The translations under genes and the position numbers were made by a program. Below are positions 9,673 through 20,124 of a stretch of 64,000 nt of DNA, piece by piece; the stretch's first letter is position 1; each line of letters opens with the position of its first letter. The notes beneath the pieces are model-generated. The model searched no databases and was not told the origin of the DNA. It worked only from the letters and a program-made list of their open reading frames with translations. This DNA is from Candidatus Nomurabacteria bacterium (GTDB lineage Bacteria > Patescibacteriota > Minisyncoccia > Phycocordibacterales > UBA9973), in assembly GCA_021413905.1 (NCBI GenBank), contig JAIOPO010000004.1, positions 1,597 to 65,596 on the forward strand, given 5' to 3'.

Positions 9673-10833
9673 TTATTTTATATTTTCTATTTTTAATATA
9701 TTTTCGTAAATACAAAAAACTTTCTCGTTAAAACATTCTTTTTTTAAAACCGCTTCTCTGCTCGCAACACCCATATCAATACATTCTTCTTTATTTGAAT
9801 ATAAATAATTTAATGCTTTTAAAATATCATCTGATTCACCTTCACGAACAATAATACCATGTTTTCTATCTTGAAAAAAATTCTCTGTATCTGTTGCATT
9901 TTTTGTGGTAATAACAGGCACACCGCAAGACATAGACTCCGCAACTGAACGACTAAAACCTTCGGTAAAAGAAGGTAATATGGTTACATCCGAAGAGCCT
10001 AAAATAAATTCCGGATTATTCACTATTCCCAATTCTTTTATTGAAATATCTTTTTTTATTATTTTTTCGTATTTTTCTTTCATCTCAATCGGCCAAAGAT
10101 TTTTTTTACCAAGAATAATTAATTTTTTATTAGGTATATCAAATTCTTGCCACGCATCTAAAACATATTGCAAACCTTTTAATATTCCAATATTAGAAGC
10201 AGGAAAAACAACAGTAAAGTAATTCTCATTTTTTTTTAATGGAACAAATCTTTCGGTATTAATATCCAAATTAGCAACAAAAATTTTATTTTCAGGGTAG
10301 CCATTTTCTACATATGTTTTTTTTGAAAAAGGAGACAAAGCAATTAAATAATCCATATTAAAAGCATAGTCTGCTTCAATAGTGTTTTTAGGGATTATTT
10401 TTATATTATTTTTTTCTAATTCTTTTTTCATTAAACTTTCGGTATGCAAAGGATGAGAGTTTACAGCAATACCAATACATAAATTATTATTTGTTTTGTT
10501 TATATTTATAGTCTTTGGAAATTTAGGAGGATGAAAAAAAACAATTTTATCTTTTAAAATAAATTTACTTGCAAAAAAATCAAAAAAATATTCTTCTATT
10601 TTCCTTGAAGGAAAATCTTTAAAGAATTTACCAAAACCTGCAATCAAAAAATGTAAAAATAATGGTAATGCTGAATACTGATAAAAATCTTTTTTTTTAT
10701 CAGTACCAATACGAGAAATGACCCCAAATATAGCTTTTTTATTTTCAAAATAATCAATCACTCCTGCAATATCCTCAGTTTTCAAATTTCTATATTTTCC
10801 CCTATCTGCATAAGTAACAAATAATGATTTCAT
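9673..10833 (-). CDS. Glycosyltransferase family 4
   Basis: ILPSFTEGFSRSVAESMSCGVPVITT motif. Probable start is MKSLFVTYAD (ORF track start 10920). Confidence 0.75.
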   Translation of the reverse strand: MKSLFVTYADRGKYRNLKTEDIAGVIDYFENKKAIFGVISRIGTDKKKDFYQYSALPLFLHFLIAGFGKFFKDFPSRKIEEYFFDFFASKFILKDKIVFFHPPKFPKTININKTNNNLCIGIAVNSHPLHTESLMKKELEKNNIKIIPKNTIEADYAFNMDYLIALSPFSKKTYVENGYPENKIFVANLDINTERFVPLKKNENYFTVVFPASNIGILKGLQYVLDAWQEFDIPNKKLIILGKKNLWPIEMKEKYEKIIKKDISIKELGIVNNPEFILGSSDVTILPSFTEGFSRSVAESMSCGVPVITTKNATDTENFFQDRKHGIIVREGESDDILKALNYLYSNKEECIDMGVASREAVLKKECFNEKVFCIYENILKIENIK

Positions 10834-10891
10834 AAATATGATATAGTATATCATATAAATACTCTTATTTAAAAAGTATTTATATATAAAA

Positions 10892-12130
10892 ATGTCTTTA
10901 AAAATCAACCTAAAATCCATACTAAGAGATAATTCAATAAATTACACCTTAAAGAATACCTCTCTGGCAATAGTTGGTAAAACTATAATTTTTATTTTTG
11001 GTTTTCTTTTAATGAAAGCTTTTTCTCATTTTACCAGCAAAGAAACAATTGGATTATATAATTATGTTATTGCTGTACTTACAATAATAAGTATAACCAC
11101 ATTACCAGGGACAACATCGGCTCTAGTGCGCGCAATATCTAATGGTAAAGAAGGTAGTTTTTTGCATATGACCAATGCGCGTTTACGTGGTGGAATATTT
11201 GCCTTCATTTTATCTTTTTGTATTGGTATTTTTTATATAATAAAGGGAAATAATACAATTGGTTATGTCTTTTTTGTCGGCGCTTTATGCACCCCTTTCA
11301 TAGACACCCTAAGCGAAATGGCATTTGCTTATTGGCAAGGTAAAAAAAATTTCAAAAAAAGTATCTATCTTTCTATAATTTATCAAATATTATTCACAAT
11401 ACCTTCAATTCTTGTTTTAATTTTTATAAAAAAAACAATCCTATTAATTAGCTTAATATTTTTATTTCAAGCATTAAGTGGTTTTTTGATTTATAAAACA
11501 ATATCTACGGAGAACAAAGAACGCGACATTGAATCAGAAAATTTTAGCCTGCATCTTACAATAGTAAACGGATTGCATACAATAGGTATGACAATAGACA
11601 GAATAATAATCTGGCATCTTTTTGGTAGCATATCATTGGCAATATATACATTTGCAATAATACCCATAACAAAATTAGAACAACTTATTCCTATTGAATT
11701 TTTATCTTTACCTCATTTAAGCAATCAAATAAAAATAACAAATAATAAAAAAGATATCAATGAAAAAACATTACTGCTTTTTATAATACTAATCCCGTTT
11801 ATTTTATTTGGCTGGTTTATTGCACCGCTTTTTTATAAAATAATTTTTCCAAATTTTCCTGAATCAATACATCTATTTAGGATCCTTCTTTTGTTACCAT
11901 TATGTGCTTTTTTTAGTTTACCAAAAACAGCATTAATAGCGTGGAAACAACAAGAAAAATTATATTATTTAGAATTTTTTTCAATACTCATAAAAATACC
12001 GACACTTATATTTTTTGGTTTAAAATTCGGCATGACTGGTATAGCAGAAGGTTTGGTTATATCTCGAATAATTGAAGGTATAATGATTGTATATTTATTC
12101 AATAAAGTAAAAATAAAAAATGAAAACTAG
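10892..12130 (+). CDS. Polysaccharide biosynthesis protein / oligosaccharide flippase (MOP/Wzx-like)
   Basis: About 12 predicted TM helices in the polysacc_synt-like topology; glycan-locus context. Confidence 0.6.
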   Translation: MSLKINLKSILRDNSINYTLKNTSLAIVGKTIIFIFGFLLMKAFSHFTSKETIGLYNYVIAVLTIISITTLPGTTSALVRAISNGKEGSFLHMTNARLRGGIFAFILSFCIGIFYIIKGNNTIGYVFFVGALCTPFIDTLSEMAFAYWQGKKNFKKSIYLSIIYQILFTIPSILVLIFIKKTILLISLIFLFQALSGFLIYKTISTENKERDIESENFSLHLTIVNGLHTIGMTIDRIIIWHLFGSISLAIYTFAIIPITKLEQLIPIEFLSLPHLSNQIKITNNKKDINEKTLLLFIILIPFILFGWFIAPLFYKIIFPNFPESIHLFRILLLLPLCAFFSLPKTALIAWKQQEKLYYLEFFSILIKIPTLIFFGLKFGMTGIAEGLVISRIIEGIMIVYLFNKVKIKNEN

Positions 12131-13097
12131 AAATTTTAAAAAACCTAAAACAATAATAGTAACGGGTTGTGCTGGTTTTATAGGAAGTAATTTTGTAAAA
12201 GTTTTCAAAAAAGAATTTCCAAAAACAAATATAGTTGGAATTGATGATTTGTCTACAGGAAAAATTGAAAATATAAGCAATCAAATAAAATTTTACAAAA
12301 AATCTATTTTAAATGAAAAAGAAATGGAAAAAATATTCAAAGAACATAAACCAGAATACATTTTTCATTTCGCAGCATTACCAAGAGTTTCATATTCAAT
12401 AGAAAATCCAATAAAAACAAGTGAAATCAATATCACAGGAACAATAATTCTTTTAGAAAAATCAAAAAAATACAAAATAAAAAGATTTATATTATCATCG
12501 TCATCATCTATTTACGGTGGAGCAAAAAAAATGCCAACAAGTGAAAACAATAATCAACCAAATCCAAAAAGCCCTTACGCTCTTCAAAAATATGTAGACG
12601 AACAATTTTGTAAATTATTTAGTGATTTATTTGAAATGGAAACAATCGCATTAAGATATTTTAATGTTTTTGGACCTGGTCAATATGGAAAATCTGCATA
12701 CACTACGGTTATTTCTGGATGGCTGGAATCAATATATTTTCCAAAAAACAAAAAAGGATTTATCGAAGGTGATGGTAGCCAAACTCGTGATTTTTGTTTT
12801 GTTGAAAATATAGTTTTTGCAAACATATGTGCAATGAAAGCCACTGGAGTATTTAAAGGTGAAATTTTTAATATCGGTAATAATATAAGAATTAGTTTAA
12901 AAGAAGTAAAAGAAAAAATAGAAAAATATACAAATAAAAAATTGGAGCTTGAGAAAAGACCAAGTAGATTCGGTGATGTTAAACATACACACGCTGACAT
13001 TAAAAAAGCAATGAAATATTTAAAATATAAACCATTAATTAGTTTCTCAGATGGACTAAAAAAGACAATAGAATGGTTTGAGATGAGAAGAAAATAA
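12120..13097 (+). CDS. NAD-dependent epimerase/dehydratase (SDR, UDP-sugar 4-epimerase-like)
   Basis: TGCAGFIGSN Rossmann motif and a YxxxK catalytic motif (SPYALQK). Confidence 0.85.
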   Translation: MKTRNFKKPKTIIVTGCAGFIGSNFVKVFKKEFPKTNIVGIDDLSTGKIENISNQIKFYKKSILNEKEMEKIFKEHKPEYIFHFAALPRVSYSIENPIKTSEINITGTIILLEKSKKYKIKRFILSSSSSIYGGAKKMPTSENNNQPNPKSPYALQKYVDEQFCKLFSDLFEMETIALRYFNVFGPGQYGKSAYTTVISGWLESIYFPKNKKGFIEGDGSQTRDFCFVENIVFANICAMKATGVFKGEIFNIGNNIRISLKEVKEKIEKYTNKKLELEKRPSRFGDVKHTHADIKKAMKYLKYKPLISFSDGLKKTIEWFEMRRK

Positions 13098-13106
13098 AAA
13101 ATTATA

Positions 13107-13988
13107 TTATTCTGCAATAATATTTATTAATGGTATTGAATTATATTTTTCAATATAATCAGTAACTTTGTTTAAAACCTCAATCTGTTCTGGTTCTAAT
13201 ATTTTCATTCTTTTTGTAGCAATATAAAAATTGTCCTTATCCCCTTCTAAATAAAAAGTGTTAAAAAAACGTTCGTATATTTTCTTGGTAAAATCAGGAC
13301 TTGGATTAACATTTTGATTTAAACTAAATTCAAAATAATCTAACGCTGATTTATATTTTTCAGGACTAGTTGTAGCCAAAACCAAACCCATATAATAATG
13401 ACCTTCTGGAATTGAATTATTTTTATTTAAAGAATTATTCAACAAATCAATTGCTTCTTTTTTCATACCCCTATTACTCAAATTAAAAGCATAAGCGTAG
13501 ATCACGTCTTGTCTTTCTGGTGCCAAAGCAAAAGCTTGCTTGTAGTATTTTAAAGCTTTTTCATACATACTTTTATCATTATATAAATATCCATTTTGAT
13601 CATAAGCTTTTCCTAAAGAAAGATAATAATTATAATAAGCTGGTTTTTCTTTATCTAAATAATCAGAAAATTTATCAATAGCAAAATCAAATAAAGGATT
13701 TGATTGAGTCAAATCTCCGTTTTTATATTTGTTAAAAAATTCATTTACCATTGTATACCTGATCTGTCCTTGTATATAAGTATCAGGTGAAAATATAAAA
13801 GTTTTTTTAGTAAATTTCAAAGGATCATTTAATAAAATTGAAGTAAAATGTTTTGAAAACGTAACTGTTTGTATAAAAGGTATAAATGTCCAAAAAACAA
13901 AAAAAGAAGAAATAACAAAAGTGAAAAAATAACTAAATATTAATAATAAAATCTCTGTATTATTTTTTTTCATAAAATTCTTGTACAT
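13107..13988 (-). CDS. Membrane-anchored TPR-repeat protein
   Basis: N-terminal TM helix and repeated TPR-like helical pairs (ALKYYKQAFALAP..., YYMGLVLA...). Confidence 0.5.
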   Translation of the reverse strand: MYKNFMKKNNTEILLLIFSYFFTFVISSFFVFWTFIPFIQTVTFSKHFTSILLNDPLKFTKKTFIFSPDTYIQGQIRYTMVNEFFNKYKNGDLTQSNPLFDFAIDKFSDYLDKEKPAYYNYYLSLGKAYDQNGYLYNDKSMYEKALKYYKQAFALAPERQDVIYAYAFNLSNRGMKKEAIDLLNNSLNKNNSIPEGHYYMGLVLATTSPEKYKSALDYFEFSLNQNVNPSPDFTKKIYERFFNTFYLEGDKDNFYIATKRMKILEPEQIEVLNKVTDYIEKYNSIPLINIIAE

Positions 13989-15267
13989 TAAAAATAATAA
14001 ATCCAATAATTACATAAAAAAATAAATAAGAAGTAATAGTATCCATTGCAAATAAACCTTGAACAAAGAAAGCTGACAATAAAAACAAAACAAATGATAT
14101 TTCTATTCTAGATAAATTTTTTATTTTAAAAAGTTCCTTAAAAAGAAAAAACCATAAAGATAAATAAGCAAAAAGACCGAGTAGTCCATTCATTGACCAT
14201 ATATCCAACAACTTGTTATGAGTTCTATCAAATATTCCCCTATCAAAAGAAAACAATTCAGCTGGATATATTTTTTGCCATAAAAAAGAATAATTATCCC
14301 AACCCCAACCAAGTAAATTATTTTTAAAACTATTCAATTTAGGACTTAAGGACTGAACAGTTGTTTTAGCTAAAAGTAAACGAGCCTGTGTATTACCATC
14401 AGAGGTATCAAAATCTGCTAAACGAGAAAATCCAGGTATTTTTTGCCAGAACATAAAATGCCTGGTCATAAAAAATAAGGCACTAAAAGAAACGATTAGA
14501 ACAAGTATTCCAACAGATATTTTTTGTAAAGAATACTTATTTAAAAAATAAATATTTTTCCCTTTAAATACCAAATAAAAGAGAGCAAGAATTACACCTA
14601 AAAATATTCCCAACATCACCCCTCTTGATTCTGTAATCAAAATACCTAAAACAGAAAAGAGTCCGGCAAATATTCCAATAAACTTAAACCAATTATTATT
14701 CTCTTTTACACCTCTTGACCAAAACAAAAGACTAAAAAATAAAATAAAAAGCAAATAGACTGCCAAAAAAATAGGGTTATCTACCAAAGAACCAGGGCGT
14801 AAAGTTCCATTAAACTTCTCTACCATTTCAACTATAAATAAAATAAAACCTGAAAAAATACTAATTTGAAAAAAATCATACCAATCTTTTTTTTCAAAAA
14901 TTAAAATAAATAGAAAAAAGATAATATATAAAAAAGACAAACCGACAAGCCCTTCCCCGCGCTCCATTGTGCCAGTAAAAGCCACAGAAGGACTATAAGC
15001 AAAAATCGTACTTAAAACTAAAATAACATAAGAAAACAAAACACACCAAACAACTTTATTATTTTTAAATATTTGTATTTTTTCTATTATTTTTTTTCTA
15101 AATTTTAAATCAAGAGATATTAAAACAGTAAATAAAAATAGAGCTAAAAAAACCAAAGTTCTAAAAAAGAATACTTTTGGTGTAGTATATGGAATCAATA
15201 TGCTTTTCCAAAACACAACTGGAGTCAAAGCAGTAGCAAATAAAGACAATTTAAGTAAATTCTTCAT
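13960..15267 (-). CDS. O-antigen ligase / Wzy_C-domain membrane protein
   Basis: Polytopic membrane protein; central loop GILITESRGVMLGIF resembles the O-antigen ligase signature. Confidence 0.55.
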   Translation of the reverse strand: MKNLLKLSLFATALTPVVFWKSILIPYTTPKVFFFRTLVFLALFLFTVLISLDLKFRKKIIEKIQIFKNNKVVWCVLFSYVILVLSTIFAYSPSVAFTGTMERGEGLVGLSFLYIIFFLFILIFEKKDWYDFFQISIFSGFILFIVEMVEKFNGTLRPGSLVDNPIFLAVYLLFILFFSLLFWSRGVKENNNWFKFIGIFAGLFSVLGILITESRGVMLGIFLGVILALFYLVFKGKNIYFLNKYSLQKISVGILVLIVSFSALFFMTRHFMFWQKIPGFSRLADFDTSDGNTQARLLLAKTTVQSLSPKLNSFKNNLLGWGWDNYSFLWQKIYPAELFSFDRGIFDRTHNKLLDIWSMNGLLGLFAYLSLWFFLFKELFKIKNLSRIEISFVLFLLSAFFVQGLFAMDTITSYLFFYVIIGFIIFNVQEFYEKK

Positions 15268-15291
15268 ACTACTATATTAACAAATACAAAA

Positions 15292-15324
15292 CAAAAAACC
15301 ACCCCTTTCGGAGTGGTTTTTTGT
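15292..15324 (-). terminator. Intrinsic terminator of the large surface-protein gene
   Basis: Minus strand reads CCACUCC-GAAA-GGGGUGG followed by UUUUUU. Confidence 0.7.
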
Positions 15325-15379
15325 TTCGATTACGATTCGAAAACGTTTCTACTGTCCTTAGACATTTAGATCAGATCTA

Positions 15380-18300
15380 CTAATTGTAGATTGTTGAACT
15401 GAATGTGTTAGGGAAGTTGTAGATATTAGCAGTACCAGTCAATGAACCACCAGCACCTGCAACGTCTGTCCAACTAAATGCTGAACCTGTCGCAAGAGAT
15501 GTTGTCATAGAAGCACCGTTAACACCTGTACCTGTAACAGCAGTTGGAGTTACATAGACACGGAATGTCTTTGAAGTTCCAGCTGGGATCAAGTATGAAC
15601 TACCAAAAGTAATTGTACTTGAACCTCCTGTTGTAGCAGAGAAAGCTGAGTTTGATACAGATACTGTTTGACCATCAGAAGTTACAACTGAAATGTTACT
15701 TGTTGATGTTGTACTTACAGTAGCAGCATTAAGAGCAACAGTTATTGGGAAAGCATCAAGAGAAATATCTCCTTTTGAATCCGCAGCGATTGTTACGTCT
15801 ATAGCTTCTGTAGCAGCTGCAGCAAGAGTTGCTGTAGGTTTAGAAGCAGTTACTGTAGGTTTAGAACCAACGAGTGTCATTGTTGTTGTTGAAGCAACTG
15901 GTGTTATAGCACCTGATGTTGTTGTACCACCGATTGTGTATTTTCTGTAAGTCAATTCAATGATTGAAGTTGAGCCAGAAGATACACCGTTTGTACCAAC
16001 ATGGTTGTAAGAAACATAAACATCAGTTTGTAGACCTGAACCACCGTTAGGAACAGTTAGGTTAACACCTGACAAATATGCCATACCGTAAGTTGTTACA
16101 GCAGCACTATTTGAGTGAGTAGCAGCAGATGTACTGTTAACACCACGAGTTACTGTCAAAGTTGTTCCAGAAACTGCTGTTACCAACATTTCTTCAGAAT
16201 CAACTAAGAATACAGAACCAACATCCATACCAGCAGCTGAAGTAACAGAAACTGAAGTAGCTGTTGTTGTTGTTATCGCAGCACTAAGAGTAGTAGCAGC
16301 AGGAGTTACTACTGGAGCTGTTAGAGATCCTACGCGGATTGATCCAACTGTACCAGCTGTACCTCTTGTTACAAATTTCAATTCAGAAACTGTAGCTGTA
16401 CCATTTGTAGCTGAGAATTTGAATGTTTGTTTTACAGCATCTGTAGCACCACCGTTTGCTGCAACGTATTGAGCAACTGTTGATGAAGAAGCAGTAAATG
16501 TAGGTGAACCGAATGTACCACTTGACATAGTGATTGTTTGACCTGTAGTAAATGCACTAGGAGTCAAAGTAACACTTGAAGAAGTACCGACTGCTGTAGG
16601 TTTTAACTTAGCAATCACTGTAGGAGAACCTGTTGTTGAACCAATATCAGCAAATACATCAACTGTCTTTGTTGCACCTGGAGCAAGCTCGAAGTTAACA
16701 GAGAAGTTGTTTACTGAATCTTGACCAGCCGCTGCTGTTGCAGGGTTGATTGGAGTTGAACCTGAACCTGAAGTTTCAGATGTTCTCAAATTTGCGTAGT
16801 TTGTAGATGCAGCTGTAGTAAGACTAAGAGTTACTGCAAGATTAGTTACGCGAATTGATTCAGAGGTACCTTGGTTTTGAAGAACGAAAGATCCGATCTT
16901 TGCACCAGTAGCATTTGGACTCAATGTGTAATCAGCATAACCAGTATTTTTTGATACTGATAATGTACCTGTTTGAATTGTCAAACCTGAAGTAGTAACA
17001 GAAGTAGCAGGAACATTAACTGAATAAAGTGATGTCATACCTTGTGCATTATTTGAACCAGTTGAGAGTGCTACAGTAATAGATCCATCAGAGTAGTTAA
17101 GGTTTGTACTATATGTTGTAAGATCTGCACGAACTTCAAGAATTGAATCAACTCCTGCAGGAACGATCAAAGATGAACCAAGTGTAAATGTAAGTGCTTG
17201 TGTAGTAGCACTTGTCATATTTGTACTTGAACCAACTTGTGAACCATTAAAGAATAAAGTCACATTATTAAGACCTGCAGCAGTAACTGCTGATTGTCCT
17301 GACAATGTAGGTGTAACTGTAAGAGTTTGAATCTTTACATCTTCACCATATCCATGAAGTTTGAATTTCGCAATAGCAGTATTTGTAGCACCACCAGTTA
17401 CGTTACTCATAAGTTGGAAAGCAGGGTCAACATTTGCAGTTACTGAACCGTAACTAACACTAATTTTACCTGCAGTATTTGAAGCAAATGCTGTTGGACA
17501 AGTACCTGAACAAGCAGCAATATTAATACCAAGTTGTGAATCAGTAACCATTAGATCAGCCGCATTTTGAATTGAAAATGTGAAATCTCTATTAGAACCT
17601 TTTTGAACATCTCCACGAACATCAATTGTATGTGTACCTGTGTTCAATGAAAGTGGGTTTGAACCAAAATCAAAGAAAGCATAGTTGTTAGATCCAACAG
17701 TTGTTGCTGAACCTATAGCTGTACCGTCTACATAAAGTTTGATGTTTTGAACAGCGTCAATTGGAGCAGATCCAACGACACGGAAGTTAGCACCTTTTAA
17801 GAATGCTGAACGTCCACTAACTGTCAAAGGAGCTGACCATACTGTGTATCCAGGAGAACCAGCATTAATAGTTGCTACTGGTACAGTGTTTGCACCAAGA
17901 GCAATCTGACTACTGTTACTTGGTATTGCAGAAACATAGAAAACATTAGCAGCAACATTAGCAGTATTTGCTGTTGTTGAACCTGTTACCATGTAACTTG
18001 TCAAAGTAACACCAAGAGATACTGATGAAACTGGTGACGCCATATCAACTTTAACAGAAAGAGTCTTTGAACCATTAACAGCGATATTTAAACCACTGAA
18101 AACGATTTGACCATTTGTGTTAACACTTGCTCCGTCAGTTAGACGCATATTTCCATCAAAAAGGTAGACACTAGAAATGTCAGCACTTGTTGAAAGACCT
18201 GTGCGTTGTAATGTTACGTTTGAAAGTGTTCCAGAACCTGTGAAAGTAAAGTGCGCAAGATCAGCCAAAGCTTGACTTGAAAGCACAGTTCCTGCAGCAG

Positions 18301-18661
18301 GATTATCTGTAGACAACATTACTGACAATGGGCCAGTAGGAGTTGGTGTTGGATTAGGAGTTGGAGTTGTTGTTCCAGCTACTTTTCCAAGAGTCATCTT
18401 TCCAGCGATACCATCAGCTTTTAAGCCGTTAGCTGTTTGGAAAGCCATAACTGCAGCTTTTGTTAATTTACCGAAGTATCCAGTTGCTGGAGTTACTCCG
18501 AGAGCTGTTTGGAGACATGTGACTCCAGAACTTCTCATACCGAACTTAAGAGTTGTAGTACCACAATCTGTCGCAGCACTTGCTACTGTAGCAACGCCTA
18601 CGAACATAACCATAGCAACCATAACTCCAAGAAGGAATTTTGATTTGAATAATTTATTCAT
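15380..18661 (-). CDS. Large cell-surface protein with N-terminal signal/TM, peptidoglycan-binding domain (PG_binding_1), PT-rich linker and a long Thr/Ser/Gly/Ala/Val-rich beta-type region (S-layer-like)
   Basis: LQTALGV...GYFGKLTKAAVMAFQTANGLKADGIAGKMTL matches the PG-binding fold, followed by a TPTPNPTPTPTGP linker. Codon usage is GC-enriched by amino-acid composition. Confidence 0.6.
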   Translation of the reverse strand: MNKLFKSKFLLGVMVAMVMFVGVATVASAATDCGTTTLKFGMRSSGVTCLQTALGVTPATGYFGKLTKAAVMAFQTANGLKADGIAGKMTLGKVAGTTTPTPNPTPTPTGPLSVMLSTDNPAAGTVLSSQALADLAHFTFTGSGTLSNVTLQRTGLSTSADISSVYLFDGNMRLTDGASVNTNGQIVFSGLNIAVNGSKTLSVKVDMASPVSSVSLGVTLTSYMVTGSTTANTANVAANVFYVSAIPSNSSQIALGANTVPVATINAGSPGYTVWSAPLTVSGRSAFLKGANFRVVGSAPIDAVQNIKLYVDGTAIGSATTVGSNNYAFFDFGSNPLSLNTGTHTIDVRGDVQKGSNRDFTFSIQNAADLMVTDSQLGINIAACSGTCPTAFASNTAGKISVSYGSVTANVDPAFQLMSNVTGGATNTAIAKFKLHGYGEDVKIQTLTVTPTLSGQSAVTAAGLNNVTLFFNGSQVGSSTNMTSATTQALTFTLGSSLIVPAGVDSILEVRADLTTYSTNLNYSDGSITVALSTGSNNAQGMTSLYSVNVPATSVTTSGLTIQTGTLSVSKNTGYADYTLSPNATGAKIGSFVLQNQGTSESIRVTNLAVTLSLTTAASTNYANLRTSETSGSGSTPINPATAAAGQDSVNNFSVNFELAPGATKTVDVFADIGSTTGSPTVIAKLKPTAVGTSSSVTLTPSAFTTGQTITMSSGTFGSPTFTASSSTVAQYVAANGGATDAVKQTFKFSATNGTATVSELKFVTRGTAGTVGSIRVGSLTAPVVTPAATTLSAAITTTTATSVSVTSAAGMDVGSVFLVDSEEMLVTAVSGTTLTVTRGVNSTSAATHSNSAAVTTYGMAYLSGVNLTVPNGGSGLQTDVYVSYNHVGTNGVSSGSTSIIELTYRKYTIGGTTTSGAITPVASTTTMTLVGSKPTVTASKPTATLAAAATEAIDVTIAADSKGDISLDAFPITVALNAATVSTTSTSNISVVTSDGQTVSVSNSAFSATTGGSSTITFGSSYLIPAGTSKTFRVYVTPTAVTGTGVNGASMTTSLATGSAFSWTDVAGAGGSLTGTANIYNFPNTFSSTIYN

Positions 18662-19160
18662 AATATTATTTTTAATGTCCGCTTATCGGCTTCCGTCTCA
18701 GCTTTTTACGCTGAGAAAAATTTCCAAGGCGAACGATATGCCGTTAATTAGTTTCGACTTGCTCAATGTATTTTAATTACACGAGCAAAACTAAAAGCAT
18801 ATTTTTCTAATCACTATATTTTTAATTATAGTGAACAGATGAACTTTAATTGAAAACAAACACGTCTTGTTTTACAGAATATTATTCCGTAAAACTTTCG
18901 ATATTTAGTTTTCAATGATCTTGCCTTTGCTGTTTTTATTTAGAAACTTTTAAAGCAATTTCCAAACAAAAACAAGACAATTTTTGCAATGCACATACAA
19001 ACATAAATGTTTTCATATGCATCACAATATAAGTATAATACTTGCTGTAAATTACAGCAAATTATATGTGGATAAACAGCCTTTTCAGGCAATAATAACC
19101 ACTTGTTTATCTTAGCATTTTTTATACAAAAAAGCAATAAATTATTTAGATGATAAATAA

Positions 19161-20027
19161 TTAATTGATTGAATATTTTGACCAGCGTTTCTCTCCTGCT
19201 TTCTTAAGGACACCGGAGTTTACCATGGCGACTAATTCTCTTTGTAATGTCTTTTCTCCGCACGTAGAAAGATGTCCGTTAGAAGATTTAACAATGTCCT
19301 TTATCTCTGCAATAGTAGCGTCTTTTTTACCTTGTCCTTTAGATAAATCTTTTAAAATATTAACTATTTCGGATTGTCTGTCCTTTTTCAATTTATCAAA
19401 ATTATTAATTGGTTTTATTAGTGGCATCTTGTCCGTTAAAGCTTTCAACAAAGTGCTTCCCTTTTGGACACCGAGACGAGTAGTCTGATGGTTTACCGGA
19501 GCTGGAATCTGTATCGGATATTTCACAAAAAGCTGTCCTTTATTTTGATCTTTTTTATCTACAGAGTAATTATTTTTATTTTCAGTATTTAAAGAATTTT
19601 CAATATCTTTATCTTGCAAAAGAGTATCTAAAAATATATGTGTTTTATCTTGAGAAAATTCAATCAAAGAATCGTGTAATTTTACAAATTCTCTTTTTAA
19701 AATATCATGATTCATTTCAGAAATTAAATGCACTGTAAAGGCAATGTCCAATAGAGACAAAATCTGCTTAACATTACGGACACCATTATTTTTAAAGGTA
19801 GAAAATGTGTCTGATATAATTTCTACAGCCAATGTCCTTAATTGAATCCTGATAGGTTCATCAGTGTCCATTATGTCCGTAACCATGTATAAAGCGCTTA
19901 TAAGTTTATTTGTTTTTGAATAGGACCCGGAACCAAAACCTTCAGCTTGGTATGGGGCAGGTATTGACGTGGTGTCTTTTATAGAATTAGTCTTGGAAGT
20001 TTTATTTTCTTCAAACATATTGTCCAT
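19161..20027 (-). CDS. Hypothetical protein with a C-terminal winged-helix DNA-binding domain
   Basis: C-terminus TLQRELVAMVNSGVLKKAGEKRWSKYSI fits the G-x-x-R/K-W-x-x-Y wHTH pattern. Confidence 0.35.
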   Translation of the reverse strand: MDNMFEENKTSKTNSIKDTTSIPAPYQAEGFGSGSYSKTNKLISALYMVTDIMDTDEPIRIQLRTLAVEIISDTFSTFKNNGVRNVKQILSLLDIAFTVHLISEMNHDILKREFVKLHDSLIEFSQDKTHIFLDTLLQDKDIENSLNTENKNNYSVDKKDQNKGQLFVKYPIQIPAPVNHQTTRLGVQKGSTLLKALTDKMPLIKPINNFDKLKKDRQSEIVNILKDLSKGQGKKDATIAEIKDIVKSSNGHLSTCGEKTLQRELVAMVNSGVLKKAGEKRWSKYSIN

Positions 20028-20124
20028 TATATATAAAGGACAAATAAATGCAAGATTATTATTTTCTATTTATACAAAATTAGACTTATCCACAATATTT
20101 TTTTTATGTTAAAATATAATCTAT

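Noticed and set aside
12095-12284. Two overlapping 61-aa minus-strand ORFs
   Set aside because: They fall in the overlap between the flippase and epimerase genes and have low-complexity translations; spurious.
15693-15950. Plus-strand 85-aa ORF inside the surface-protein gene
   Set aside because: Antisense to a GC-enriched repetitive coding region where long spurious ORFs are expected.
18697-18719. Hairpin CTCAGC-tttttac-GCTGAG in the surface-protein upstream region as a terminator
   Set aside because: No upstream plus-strand gene to terminate, and on the minus strand it lies inside the 5' UTR. More likely a UTR stability element; not called as a feature.
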